This document shows positions 37,301 through 51,585 of a stretch of DNA of 64,000 nucleotides, piece by piece. The stretch comes from Hydrolagus affinis. Lineage: Eukaryota. The stretch's first letter is position 1, and each line of letters begins with the position of its first letter. The DNA lies in the NCBI GenBank assembly GCA_012026655.1, contig JAAILG010000271.1, forward strand, positions 1 to 64,000. Direction: 5' to 3'. Both the position numbers and the translations under genes were made by a program. The notes beneath the pieces are model-generated. The model was not told the origin of the DNA and did not search any database. It was given only the letters and a program-made list of their open reading frames with translations.

Positions 37301-38842
37301 CTGTTTTTGTTGAGTATCTGTCTGATTTTCTGCTTAAATCAAAGCAAAATAATGATACTGATCCTCATGGGCCTGCTTGTGATCAGTTAATTCAATGCAT
37401 ACCCACATCTTCAGTGATTTTTATGACTTTACTATTCATTGAATAAGCTTGTTGAGCTACTAGGAGGAATTAATGTAGCCATTTTGGTAGAGTGGTCTGG
37501 TTTCCTCAAGAACTCTGTTTTCTGAGGCCTTCCTGTGGTTGACATGTTTCATATGTTTGTGTTGTAGAGCTGTAGCCACCATGCCATTTTATCATTTACT
37601 CCCAACTATTGGAGCCAATCATATCCATTGAAAACCCAATTCAAAAGTTACTCCCATTCTGAAATGATGGATGGGAGATGGATATAGATTGAAACAAGTC
37701 AAAGGTATTTAAAGGTGCGAGTTTTTAGGACAGTAAGATACAGACAAAATGTTCAGGTTAAATTAAGTACAAAATAAATAAAACTTAATTCAAAGAGGAA
37801 AAGAAAAAGAAAACCTGTGCAACAGAGTGAGTAGAATTACATAGTATCCTAAATAGAATGATTCACATTTCAATCATACTGTGTTACAGTCAGAAAGTTA
37901 TTTTGATGAGCTATTTATTGCTATGCTTAAAGTTGGGTCACATTGCTGCAGGAGCTAAGCATTACAAAATTAGCTGGTCCAACTAAATCATTTTTTACCT
38001 TTTAACAGTTGAAGGGTTAAAATTCAGACCACCTTCAATTATATACGTAGCTCAAACTCAGTAATAGGAGAAAAAAGACATAATTTTTTTCCAATATACA
38101 TCTCTGTACATCTCAGTTGTTTGGAACCCTCTCAACTGTTCTTTAAACGCAGGTTTCCTTCTGTGATATTACAATAGATAGGGAATATATCAGACTGAAT
38201 AATAAAAGTGAAATTCATTGAGAGATTACAATTTTGATTTAAACTTTTCCATCAGGTATAATCAAACGCTATGAGTTCATATAAGCTCATAATTCAAATG
38301 CAGTCATATAAACCTGATATTTATTTTTTAATGCAATGATTATAAATAAAGTACTGGTTTCAGCAAGGAAAACAGTATCATCATTTAACGCAGTAAGTTT
38401 GTGACAGAAACATACTTCAATAGCCTGTTAAAGTGTCTCCCTTGTGCATATCATTCTAAGATTTATTTTCACCCCCATCTTTACAAGCTTAACTCTAAGA
38501 TCTGTTTTCATTGTGCACCATTTAACAATTTAACAGTGACATGCCAAGCTGAAAAGCTCTTTGGTGTATGGCAATCTTTTTAGCCTTTGTGATATACTTT
38601 ATTTAGCCTATCCCTATATTGTGCTGTGATTAAAACAAATATTTATTGATAGAATTGCAGACAATGGGAAAAGTAAACCCAAACAGCAATGCTGGGTACC
38701 TACAGTGAGTCAATCAGTCTATTACATTTATGGGCATTTGTCAAAAAGTGACAAGGATTGTGAGAATCCTAATTGGGATAAACTAACAACAACAACTGAA
38801 TTTATATTGCGTCCTTCATGTAGGATATCACCTCAGAGCCAT

Positions 38843-39130
38843 GTGGATCCTGTAGCACTCACCTCACAGACGAGAGGTCCTGGGTTGGATTCCTGGGCAG
38901 GACAAAACCTTAGGCACATTTCTTTAATTCACACTCCTTTGTTTACCTAGCATTAAATAAAAATTCAGTTGTTAGTTGATTGACGGATTATTTTCCGAGA
39001 GTAATAATTTTTTTACATCAACAAAATTACAATAATTTTGTCACATAAGGGATAACTGTTTGTGAAACATTGCTATGTGCAATTGACTGCCGTGTTTCAC
39101 CCACAAAATATACAAGTGAGTTCATTTTAT
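38843..39130 (+). mobile_element. tRNA-derived SINE
   Basis: gtggatcctgtagc...gggttggattcctgggcagg...tgtttacctagca...gtttcacccacaaaatatac. Confidence 0.75.
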
Positions 39131-39376
39131 ATTAGTTATTATTAATAAATTGGCTGAAGCTAGTTCCTTGAATCTTAAGTAAAATGTTTATTTTCTATTC
39201 AAAGGTATACACAGTCTTGGACATTTGTTGCCATGGAATGAGTGAATCAGCCTTGGGTTGTGGTACAGATGAGTTTGATTTAGCCCAAAGTTAACTGACC
39301 ATTGTTTTCACCTGTTTAAAATGCACTAAAAGCTGAATGCTCTCTACCCATATCCACTAATAACTTAGGGTATCAG

Positions 39377-39835
39377 ACTGGCTCAGTTGGTAGCACTCTC
39401 GCCTCTGATTCAGATGTTGTTGGTTCAAGGCCATCTTGGGACATTTAACTCTTTATAAGGGTTGACTGACAGTGTTGTGCAGAGAGTTAAGGGAGTGCTG
39501 CATTGTCAGAGGTGCCGTCCTTCTCATGCAACATTAAACAAAGGCTTATTTGGTCTGTCTATACATGTGGATGATAAAGATCCCATAACATTATTTGGAA
39601 AGAGAAAGGAGCTTCTCCTGAATTCCTGGCCAGCAATCATCCATATTAAACAAAAGTCATTCATTTTCATGATTGTTTGTAGGATATTGCTGTGAGTAAA
39701 TTTACTGCTGCCTTTGCCTACAAATAGAGAGCCTACACTTTATAATAAATCCTACAAAATGCTTTGCAATGACATGTTAAGGCACTACATCAAATTCAGG
39801 AATGGTGATGATTATTATTACTTATTTTTATTACT
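39377..39835 (+). mobile_element. Near full-length DeuSINE
   Basis: tRNA head ctggctcagttggtagcactctcgcctctga..ggttcaagg; Deu domain gggagtgctgcattgtcagaggtgccgtcctt..aaagatcccat; (ATT)n tail. Confidence 0.88.
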
Positions 39836-41817
39836 ATTATCAGTAGAGGCATCTAATTCTATACAGCAGGCTCCAACCTTGCAAACAATTTTCCTCATAA
39901 CACCGTTTTGCTACATTTGTGGTGCCCGTTGTCAAATAAAAAACAGTCATCTGCATTTATGTGTGGCTTCGCTCTATAGGCTGCAGATACATAATGCTAT
40001 ATTCAATGTTTTCTTTTGGGTTCTTAGATACACATTCAGGCTTCAGAAGTAACTCCAGATTTTTCTGTATGGACCCTTCAGGCTTTCTGGTGATGCTCCA
40101 AGTTTCCTCCACTGTTGCTTGACACTCTAGATGATAATGATAGTTATTGACTCTCTGGATCCTGGAAGGCGTGAAATGTTTCCAGACGAGTGTTTAAGAT
40201 CCTGATTAATGCTGGCTAGTTCTTCTGCAACAGACATTCAAGTCCCTGGGTAGTTCTAAGACTTTCCCAATCGAAAATCATGTGCGAGTTTGTATAAAGA
40301 CTCTAAACCAAGATTTAATGCTAAGTTGTTCAATTTTAGCTTGGCCGAACAAGCTGTGTTATTCAGGAACTGTTTTGAAATGTGTTGATGCAGTGATATG
40401 TCACCCATGTCTAGCGTTTCGTGTAGAGTAAATCTGGTATAGCTTCAACTTCAAGCAAACAAATGCCAGTTGTAATGTGTTGCTACAACATTAGCCAAAT
40501 AGTGTCATTCATTTGTAAGAGTTCCATATGAGAGACAGGGTTTCAGACCATTACATGGCTATATGCTGGTTTTGTGTTCTGAATGACTCCTGGATCCCGA
40601 ATACACATGTAACATGTTAAGCTGCCATTAGGAGATATACAGTGTAGAACAATAATATAAACAGGACATACCACACTGGTTTTGATGTGATACAACATTT
40701 ATAAATTTACACTTGAATGCACAATATACAAGTGATGAAGTCACAGTGTGTTATGTCTGTTGAGGCCTGCAGATTGTATAAATGTTGAGTTACACTGAGG
40801 CTTGTGTGATTTTCTGTTTACAGTAAGGTTAAGTGACTGGAGTACTTTTTTTGATGCCTTCTAATGGAAGTTCATGAAAGCACTTGATATTTACACACTG
40901 AGTCACAGAAAACTGCAGAGTTATGTTGGAATGTACAGCACCGGAAAGGATCATTGCAGGTCCCAAAGTAAATTAGAAATTTATAACTAATGTGAGCTTG
41001 TTGGCATACAGTAATTTGGCCTTCGAACCCTATGAAATGTAGACAAACAGCTCTCCTGCTGGGGGGAAGTGGGTAGGGGTTGGAGAGCAGTGCAAATAAA
41101 TCCTTGGATCAGAAAAGATACCCTCAGGACCTAACGGTTGACTCCCAAACAGAGTACATCTTATTGGCTCTCAAGAAATATGCTCCAAACCGAGATGTCA
41201 GCACATCCCGGTTCTCGAGAATTGACCTGATGAACTGATGAACTGATTCTCTGCAGGAAATGCACGTTCTGAAATCCCACATAATTTTTTCATGCTAGGC
41301 TATTTTGTCCTACAGTTTAACATATCATGGCATTGTGGAAACGTCTTCAACTCAACCATGATTTGGAAGACATTTACACGAAACCTGCTTCCAAAGCAAG
41401 ATCGAATTGAAGAATTTTCTGCAATGTTGCACAATCTTAAATTGTAAGGCAAAATAAAGCTGCCATTAGCTCTGCATTTTGCTGACAAACTATTTCTTAA
41501 TCCAACTGTAGAGATGGTAGCTCAAAATTCTCATTCAATACTTTAATAGGGAGTTTCATTTCCAACCTGGCACCGTAATTTACATCTATTTCTTTCATAT
41601 CCTAGTCAGTGCATAGTTGTCTACAAGTCTGTACAAGTGTTTTCTTCAAATGAACACCCCACTCCTTCTATTCCCCTCACCCCTACCCCTCTATTCCCTT
41701 CTTTCTCATGTATGCATCAGATATTCCCTTAAATACATTGATGGTGTGGTGAGCAATTTTATTTTGTGCAGCATTTTCATATACTGTATTTAATGAATCT
41801 GAACCTTTTGTGTGAAA

Positions 41818-41975
41818 GAACATAGATTGCACAGATTGTAAATCACCAAAACAAACTATTCATCCCTACTATTCCGCGCCAGTGTTGATATGCCACATGA
41901 GCCTCCGCCTCTCCTAATCCCATTGCCCAATACCACCTTCCATTCCCCTCTATTCCCTTCTCACTTATGTGTACA
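41818..41975 (-). mobile_element. Old CR1-type 3' UTR fragment
   Basis: gccagtgttgatatgccacatgagcctcc...ctctattcccttctc; a related piece lies at 41660-41745. Confidence 0.5.
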
Positions 41976-42469
41976 GCTGTGTTTTATTTTTTCCTTATTT
42001 TTGTAATGAAGTTTAAATGTTTACTTTGGTCTCCAGAGCAAAGCATTTGTTCTGGCATAAAATTTGATCACAGAGTGCAGCAGTTAGCTTATGATTGTCA
42101 AAATAGTTCTGCAAACGCTATCGTACAGCTCAAGAGAACACAATTCTTGCGCTGAATTATTGTTCATTCCATGAGTGAGGGATTCCTCATTAGTAGGGGT
42201 AATGAAGGCCTTACCGCTGAATGAAATAAATTGTTCCTCATCATTCCCCCCATTGTCTTTCCTCTGTTTATCCAATACTGAATCAAACTCAAAATTATGA
42301 TCCAACTTTTCTCCTTGTTGAGTATCTGCAATTGAACCAAGATACAGGAGAGTCAGGGCAGACAGCTATGGGGCAACTAAGGTGCTTGGAAAAATAAATC
42401 AAAGTTTTTTTTTAAAAAGTACAATATGTTTATGTCAGGAGGACATTCAAGAACACATTCACTCTGCTG

Positions 42470-42990
42470 AATGGCACCCGAGCTGGGGGTAGGAGCCAAG
42501 GAGGATGGAAATGAGAAAGATGACCAAACGTGTGGTCAAAGAGATGTGCCTTAAAAGCACTAGGATTGAGAGAGAGAGCTGCAGGGTCACTGGGGTGGAG
42601 TTTGACAATCAGGGACAGAATTGCTGGAGGTTATTTGTGGGAAGAATAGGGCATGGGACTTGAAGGTACTTGTAGATTGAAGGAGAGGGTGAAAACAGGT
42701 GACAGATAGGACGGGATGAAACCGTGGAGTTAATTAAAAGTAAGAATAATGATCTTGAATTCAATCTGTTCGGGGATGCAGACCCAATAGATCTTAGTGA
42801 GGATGGGGTGATAGACTCGCAGACCGAAGTGTGGGAGAGGATGTGGATAGCTTGAAGCTAGTATGGGGAAGAGCTGGGGAATCAGGTGAGTAGAGTTAGC
42901 AAAGTCGAGCCTGAGTATGATAAAGATATGGACATGAGTCTCGGTGACATGGGGTGGGGGGAGAAGGTACAATGTGAGCAATGCAGCTTA
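42470..42990 (-). mobile_element. Old L2 3' fragment
   Basis: ETHVHIFIILRLDFANS...EQIEFKIIILTF. Confidence 0.8.
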
Positions 42991-45514
42991 ATAACATTGT
43001 ATTACAAAAAGTAATTTTGCTGCTTACAGAAAATGAATAAAGTGTTACAGCATTAAACCTTCTTATCTTTCGGTGTAATCAATCTTTTGGTTTATACATC
43101 TCATGATCTCAAGTAGAAAATGACCTTGGGAAGATAACATCGTAAAGAGGCTAAGTACCACTGAATACCAGTGAGTTTCCAGACAGAGTACTGTACAAAG
43201 ATGAGGAAAAGTCAGTTTGATCTCACAGTTAAAAAAAACCCTGAACTGACCCAACATCAGCAACACAGAATAATTTACAGCCTGGATTCTCCTGAGCTCT
43301 CTCCTGCTCCCAATGAGCACTGCTTCCCACTGAGAAAAACAAGTCTTATCAAAACTGCTTGGAACTACTAACTTAGAAGCGAGCAGCACAATCCTCACTG
43401 GGATAATGATACACAATAATGCTGATGGTTCAATCCCAGTTGTTCAGCAGCAGATTATTGTGTAGGAAGAGCTGAGGGGTAATTGGGAGCCATGTGCTTG
43501 TGATGCTACAAGTGAGATACAACAACAACAACAAATCAAATTACATTTAAGATTGGGAGGACTTCCCAAGTCACTGGACGGTCAGTGTTTCAGACTTTCA
43601 GTGTTTCAGACCTGAGCTGGGGTCGGGATCGGGGAGAAATACAACATAATTTCTATGGAAGTGTTTATTTACCTGGCAAATATACAATTGTTTGGGTTAT
43701 CAAGGTTATCCTATCACTTCTTGGATCTATATATTAAAGGTAATTATTGGTTCAACCACTTTTTTTTACTCTAAAATACAATTTTAATTTAAAAAAAATT
43801 AAAAAATTGGCAGTATCTGAGACAGTAATCAAAGCAAACAACATTTTTCTAGAACCTTTCAAAGCTTTATTTTAAAATTAGTCCAATAGCTTTAATTGTT
43901 TTTATTTTTTAATAACTTGAACACAAGATGCGTTCGGTGCTTTGGCTGTGAACACATTCACTTTGATTGGTCTCTACTGATTTTTTCCCAATTTTATTGG
44001 ATTTTAACTGCTCAAAAGTGCAGTCTCAGGCACTACTGAAATAATGATGAACACTCACAAGTATAGTAATAAATGAAAGACTTGTAGAACGTTCTTCACC
44101 TGGTTTGTGTTTTCTTTAAGTCTGCAGAGCAAAGATAACAAAGACAACAATGTTATATACATACCAAGCACAATGTAACATACTAAAAATTCTCATCCTT
44201 TTACTGTGCGTTGTTTGTATTGCAAGAGACCGGAGGGCATTGTTTGCTAATTTCCCGATGGCAGTCATCAATAAAAATTAGTCTTAATGTAGTTCAAGGC
44301 TGCGGTCGTTTTGTAGCGGAAACTGTGTAAAGGGATCTGGGGAGAGTCTAATATAAACTGATTATGATTTTACTATACAACTCATTAAAATCATAAATAG
44401 ACGTAAATTTCATGCCAAATTAAATAAATTGTTCGCTTTCATTTTATGAAAGGTTCATTAAAAATACACGTAGCTATTAGTGAGAAAGAAGAGTGTATAT
44501 CTCTGGAAATTATGCACATAAAACACCAACTTCCGTAGAGAGACTATTTACACTGTTGGAAACCACGTGAAATTGCTTTCAGCCGTAAAGAGATTTGAAG
44601 TTGGGAGCAGTACAGTATTTATATTTCCCACTTTAAAATTGCATTTACCTTAGACTGAGGACAGCATATGCAAATAAGAACCTGCTCAAAGCTTCACTAA
44701 GCAATGCAGAATTGTGGTTAGTTTCATTCTATTGTTACTAAAGAACCATTAAAAAAGGTTATCACAAAAAACTGTTTTTTTTTTACATTAACAACAACTT
44801 GCACTTAGAGTAGAATCTCATTATAACATGTTTCATTATAACATAGGTTTGCTTTTAACATTCGATCCAACATTGATTTACCTCCTCCAAAACTGTGTCA
44901 GCTCCATTGGTGCTGAAAAAAGATTGTCCATTTCACAGGAAATAGCAACAAAATGTCATCAATTTGATGATCCAGTCAATTGTGGCTTCCCACTCACTGC
45001 CAATGTTTTTGAGTACCAATGGAGCCCTCCATCTTTTTCAGGAACTCTCAATGAATTGCAAAGTTTTGATCATTGATCTTGTTGCACTGTAGTGCTGGTT
45101 GGAATTATGTAGACATCAAGTACTATGTTATAGCAAGGCTCTATTGAATATAATATTTTGAACAAAGGATGAACATCTTGAAGTGCATCAGAGAGAGACA
45201 TTAAGGAATGCCCTTCTTAAGCATTATTTGGCAGGCGAACGAGCTGTCGAAAAGCTGAATAACTCTGAGTGGAAACCAAATCAATTCAGACCACCTGCAC
45301 TGATCCAACAGCAATGCAAAACGATTTCCTGACAAAACCACCTCCTCAAGATGGCCTCCCATGCATTTTGCTTCAAAGATGTCAAGCCATGAACAGGATT
45401 TCTACTGTGTTTTTAACATTGATTTAACACTACCCTATTTTCATCTTGGAAACTGTTGTGAAAAATGGTTGAGTAAATAGAGCATTGGATTACAGCTTCA
45501 AAGGAATCAAACTA

Positions 45515-46044
45515 CATTAAAAGCCCGTTTATCCGGCACCCTTGAGACCTGGCGAATGCCGGTTAAAGGACATGCCTGATATTCAGGCGGATCTGGTGCC
45601 GAAAACTCAACACAAAAAAAATAGCTTATTTAACACATACCATATTAATAAAGACTAAATAATGACAGATAATAACAGACCTTTGTTAGTTACCTAAAAA
45701 TTCACCTAAAAATCACCTTTGCTGGTAGATGCCTGGTTTGAAGCCATGATGCTGTGGTAGAGATGTACAGTCTATCTTCTACAATGGCCGACACAAGAGA
45801 AAAGAATGGCAGCGCAACTTTAGGGCTCTACTAGTGGCAAGCCAAAATACTGATGCGAGGGAAAAAAAAGGCCGTGCCACCTTCAGGTAGCAGCATTCCG
45901 AAATACCTATACGAGGGGGAAAAAATGTGCCACCGTGATTGTGCTGGATAAGATCTGGTTATTTCGAATGGGGAGCTTTTTTTTGAGGTGCTAGTTCTAC
46001 GAAAGTTACGGTTGATTGGGTCACAGATAAACAGGCTTTTACTG
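45515..46044. mobile_element. pogo/Tigger-type MITE (related to 9768 and 57772)
   Basis: TA|cattaaaagcccgtttatccggcacc ... cagataaacaggcttttactg|TA. Confidence 0.85.
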
Positions 46045-46350
46045 TATATCTAATCTATTGAATATCAGTTTGAAGATGCATTATGCACCACCTTTTTTTA
46101 ATCCTGGTTCTACCTGGAGAAACAAATGAGTATAGAATTAAAACCACTCCTACAATCCTCAAAGTATACAGCATCCAATACATTGCAATTCACATTTGAC
46201 ACTGTTGACTAGGCTCCCAAGCTGAGGGTAGGAACCAAAGGGCGTAAGGAAGGGTTATAATAAACTAGAGTAGATAGTCAAAAACAATGATGTTCAGAGT
46301 TTACCTACAAATAATATAGTCACTTTACTTTTGAGAAAATCCTGTGAAGT

Positions 46351-46430
46351 GTCTGTGCTGGCTCTTTGAAAAGAGACAAGATGGGCTGAATGGCCTCCTT
46401 TTGTGCTGTAAAATTCTATGATTCTATGAT
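46351..46430 (+). mobile_element. 80-bp CR1 3' end with inverted 5' 25 bp
   Basis: gggctgaatggcctccttttgtgctgtaaaattctatgattctatgat; 46351-46375 is the reverse complement of the adjacent CR1 sequence (cf. 34958-34985). Confidence 0.85.
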
Positions 46431-49400
46431 ATGTTGATGATGTTTGGAGTTGATGTATAAAATGTCAGAATGGTTAATTATTAGTTTTTGTAAAATGGCA
46501 GGATCTAATGTAGAAGTGTTTACAGTCATATAATTACAAACATGTCTTACTGGAGTGTCCTTCATACAATTAAACAAGATTTGGATCTTGCCTATGGAAA
46601 TGAGAAGCTTTTCATGTTCCCCACTAGCAGCTAGTAATGATTCTAAGAGAATGATTCTGAGTAAATGGTCACTAAGCTCTATTCCCCACCTTTTCCGAAG
46701 CAGCAGTTTGTGGAGTTTACCAGGCACATTGTGTGAAGGCTGCCAGAATTGTCATTTTGAAGCATTTTTCCTTTTTCTAAAATGTGTGCTTTTACACTAA
46801 ATCATTCAGGTGCGCTGTGTGAATGGAACTGTGATCACATAGTGTCCATGCTGTGAACCAAATGCCTGTTTTTTTTGTTGCAACAAAATGTTCAATTCAG
46901 ATTGCACAGTCTGGGGAACAAATGTGTGAGTGTGGTGTATGTATATTTCTCCATGTAACTATCTTTCAGTCTTGGTTAATTTCTAGAACTCACTCTGTAT
47001 ATGAAACCTCTCCCACTCTATTATATGGTTAAACATATGCTGATAGCAAAAATAACAATATTTTCTGCTAAGTCTTTATACTATAATAGAAAATTGTATT
47101 GTGAAGAGTTTGTGAAATATTTCTGGTTTTTTTTTTTAGCAATGAGGGAATACTTCTCACTCTGGGACAGTACAGGGGAAATTACTGTTGGTATTGAATC
47201 TGTCCGTCTCTGTCAGAGAACTCAAAAGTAAAAGAAAAATCAAGATGATTAATACGTTGTTACAGATCTGGATTCATGAACCTTTAAGATTCTTCTGAAT
47301 TCAGCTACAATGTGGTGTTGTACTCCTGCCAGTTAGAAAGTGGATCACCACATAGCACCCAGATAAGGTTCACAAAACAATGTTTCCAAGATGAAAAATA
47401 TTAGAACTCTCAAACACAAAAATATTACGGGTCGGATTTTAATTAAAATATTTTGCATTTAACTTAACTCAGTTAACTCAGATTAAAGACTACAATATTC
47501 TATTTATTGTTTAGACATAAACACTTTTGGAGCTGAGCAATCCAATTAGTGGCCGACATTGCCAAAGGCAATACATGCAATCCTTAAGAACATTTTTACC
47601 CAAGTGGATCAAGATGATTCAGAGCTGCACATAGAAAGTAGCAGACCATTGACAAAGTGGGGAGAGATTCTTTAGTTTCCTAGGAACACAATCAAACAAT
47701 ACAAGTTGTTGATGACGTTGTCGTCAATATTGTCATTGTTATTGTCAGATGAGTGAATATTTCAGCTTGATGGGTTGAATGATATGTCCACATTCCTTGC
47801 TTTGTGATGATCCATGGGCTGAAATACTGTGTGTATTACGTGCACCCTTCGGCAATGTCAGACTCTAATGGGATGATCCCCATTATAATCATGTATAGCC
47901 AAAGGCACTATGTGTGATGCCAACTAAAATTTCAGACCGCTTATAATGCAGACATTTCATTGATTTGACTTGAAAATTATGTTGACTCAGTCATACCTGA
48001 ATTGTCAGCATAATTCTGTCTGCAAATTGCATTGATTTCACACCAGTTATAGTGTGATTGTAACCAGGTTAAAATGATGTACTAACATTAAAATTAAAGT
48101 TGTTAAAAAGATGTTAGGTAATCCATTGTACTTCTTAACATTTTTTTGTGGGTGGTGGGGTGTGGTGGGGGGGAATGGCGAGGAGGGTAGTGGTGGTGTG
48201 GTTGGGGGTTAATTAGGTGTCCAATAGATGATTTTGATTCAAACTTAAGAGTGTAAAATTACAACCTGATTTTGTCAGAATATTTGAATTTGCCCAGAAT
48301 ATTTTGAAAGGCAGCTAAGTCATTGTGATTCTTTTCATATAATGTAGTCCTGGATGCTTTCTGTATTCTGTGAATGAGCTGTTGGAATGTCAGCTAAAAG
48401 ATGTAATGTAGTTCTTTAACATTTGTTGGTTTTCATCTTTTGTAGGGAGATTGAAAGGTTGCACTTTGAATTAAGGAATGCAATAGTAAAGAGGCAAGGA
48501 ATAAGGTTAGAATTTACATGCCTTTCATAAGATAGTTGACAATGCAGCACTTCTTTCTCTCGGAACTGTGGTGGGTCAACAAAGAGAATCCATAACAATA
48601 TGACGTGTGTCTTTGCTATTTTCAAATTTTGCTTTAATTGCACAAGAAAATATTGTTGTTTCTCTTATGTTGAAGACTTGCATTCAGAAGAAACCAAATA
48701 CTAGAAAAATAACACAAGCAAGGCCCAGCAGAGGTTCACTGGATTACAATTTTTCCTTTCCTTAACACAGGGCAGTGCAAACAATGATAGTATTCCTGCT
48801 GAAAATACTATCTTCACAGGAAACAACTGTAAAATCAAAGGGCTAAAAATTGCGATGTTTCTAAACCAAGTTCATGTTACCTCTGGTTTGCTGGTATCCA
48901 ATTTTAATGAGTAAAAATCAGGATTCCTGATCATTTTTAAATTCTCCAAAATCAACAACAACAAAATTACATTTGTGCAACGCTGGTCACTTTGGGAAGA
49001 TGTCCGTAGACACTGTATAGTCAGTGTTTCAGATCCGAACTGAGGTCGGGATTGAGGTGGGTGTGAGGGCGGGGTGGGGTGTGGTGTGGAAGGAAGTTGA
49101 CTGATGGCACCAAAACAAGGAGAAAGAATTCCCATTGTTAAACTCTGATGCTTTTTAAAAAAATCATTTTGAACAGCACAAAATGACCTCTTTGGAATTG
49201 TATAGCTGAGGAAATGGTACAGTGGATGATCACACAAATGAAACCAGGGATCATGGGGCAGTGGTTCTGAGGATACATATGAAAACATTTAGCTTTTTTT
49301 CTCCAGTAAAACAGAGAAGGTTGAGATGGAATCTAATGGAAGATCTCAGCTGCACTTCCAATATCACAGGAAGTGAAATGAGTGGCCATGAAATCTGTAG

Positions 49401-49476
49401 TGACCTTATGTCTCAGAAGTCAGCCATTTTTATTTTTAAAAAGCTAGCTAAAAAATAAATAAACTTAATGTTTGAG

Positions 49477-49790
49477 CTTGATTCAGTTGGTAGCACTATT
49501 AACTCTGAATCAGGGATTGTGGGTTCAAGCAACATGTCAGTATTTTGAATTCATAGATGAGGCTAGCACTCCGGTGCAGTGCTGGGGGAGCACTGCATTG
49601 TTGCAGATTGTTTGGATGAGACATTAAACCGAGGTGCTGTCTGCCTGCAAGCTTAGTCATTAAAGATCTCATGTCACTATTCAGAAACAGAGGGAGCAAG
49701 GGAAATGGGGGCCTGGTCAACAATCCTCCAGATGAAAAAGGGATTATTCATATCACAGCAGTGTGTAGTTTGTTGCTGTGCATCAGCAAT
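49477..49790 (+). mobile_element. DeuSINE
   Basis: ttcagttggtagcact...gtgggttcaagc; gtgcagtgctgggggagcactgcattg...ggatgagacattaaaccgagg. Confidence 0.85.
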
Positions 49791-49809
49791 TCGACTGGAG
49801 CTAACCACT

Positions 49810-50760
49810 CCAATTCCATTTCCGTACTCCTTTGTCATTCATAATATTCCTCTTCAAAAACTTAAATTGAATTCCCTTTGCTATAATTTCAGCATCAATA
49901 GCATATTGTTTGAGAGAAAGTATTCCTATTCTAACAATCCAATCCAAGTAAAAGCTTTCTTTCTAATCTTTCACCCGAACTTTTCCAATGATAATCAGGA
50001 ATGGATGTCCTTTGTTATCAATTCCTGAAACTGCTAGATTAATCTTTCACCATTTATCCTCTCAAAAGCTTTGAGAATTTTGAAGACCTCCATTAGAATT
50101 GTTCTTAACATTCTGTATTATAGTGAGAAAAAAATATCTCAACTATTTCAGATCTATCCTTAGATCCAGAGCCCCTCATCCCTGGTATAGCTCAGTGGTT
50201 AGAGCACATGCCTCACAGACGAGATAACTGTGTTCAATTTCTGGCAGGGCGAACTGTTGAGCAAGTTTTCTTACTCTACACGCCTGTTTACCTAGCAGTA
50301 GGTAGGAACCCGGTTGGTCGTCGATTGTTGATTGTTGGACCGCGTTTCCGCAGTTAATAATTCCTCCCCCCACAAAAAAAAATCGGTACACCATCCACGA
50401 CTCTTTTGCACAATTGGCTGCCGCATTTCACCCACAAAATATACAGTCAATTCACTTTACAGTATATTCTGTGAAGAGTTTTGAGACGTCTAGAAGACCT
50501 GATAAGGTGGGATATCAAAAGTATTATTACAGTATTATCATCTGTGTGAACATACGCTGCACCCTCTCCTCAGTTCTGATATCATGCTTATAATGGCATG
50601 TCCAGAACTCAAAGCAGTCATCCAACTGTAACCTATCTGGCATTTTATAAATTGAATACACTTTTTTATTTTGTATTCAATGTCCATTTCTCTACAATTG
50701 CCTTATTTATGTCTGCACTGCCATATTTAAAGACCTAAGCAGTTTTATTTAAAAATTTAC
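49810..50760 (-). mobile_element. Old CR1 fragment split by a SINE
   Basis: Reverse CR1 3' region (ttttgaagacctccattaga; tgtccagaactc...tccaactg) on both sides of 50183-50530. Confidence 0.55.
50183..50530 (+). mobile_element. tRNA-derived SINE, near full length
   Basis: tagctcagtggttagagca..gttcaatttc; ctgtttacctagcagtaggtaggaacc; gagacgtctagaagac tail. Confidence 0.9.
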
Positions 50761-51164
50761 CATTTTGGGTACATTTTTTTTCTTTTTCCCCATGTTTACA
50801 GATGGAATTAGGGGCACCGTTAATTATTGTAAGTGACTGTCAATTAAACAGTTTTATTATATTGTGCGTCAAAATTACCCAACTGTTATTTACAAAACTA
50901 AGAGGCTGTAGAATTCCCTTTGTACACATGGCTTTACAAATAATTTACAATATAGTTCAGAATGCATATGCATTTATACATAATTCATATGGTGTATAAT
51001 AGATCTTCATACAACATTTAAGCACATGAAGCTATTCACCCCATTGAGTGCTGTGCTAGATATGGATAATAATAGTTAAGTAAGAGATATTTAGTAAAAG
51101 ATATAATGCATTGTCACCAACGATATGAAAGCTAAGTTTATTCTAACGTTTTTTATCTTTCATG

Positions 51165-51585
51165 AACTCCAGTGCTATGGTAGGGATGTACTGCATTGTC
51201 AGAGGTGCCATCCTTTGCATGAGACATTTAAACAGGATCCTATTGGTCAAGTAGACAATAAACATACCATTGTAATTTTGGTAAAGAGAAGGGAGTTTCT
51301 CCCAGTGTTTTGGACAACAGTATCCCATTTAAAATTGCCCATTGATTTCAGTGTTGTTTATGAGACATTTCTGTGCACAAATTAGCTGTTAGGTTCACTT
51401 AGAATAACAACAAAATTACATTTGTAGAGCACCTTTCACATCGGGAGGACATCCCAAAGCGCTGATCAGTCAGGGGTCCTGCTGTGTAAAATACACAGCA
51501 ACTACTTTACAACAAAGTTTGTGAAGCGCTTTGAGAAGTTTTGATGAGATAGTAATCTGCTATATGAAATGCAAGCAATATTATT
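51165..51585 (+). mobile_element. DeuSINE interrupted by a mini L2 tail (about 51403-51470, minus strand)
   Basis: actgcattgtcagaggtgccatcctttgcatgagacattt; tail tgtgaagcgctttgaga. Confidence 0.8.
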
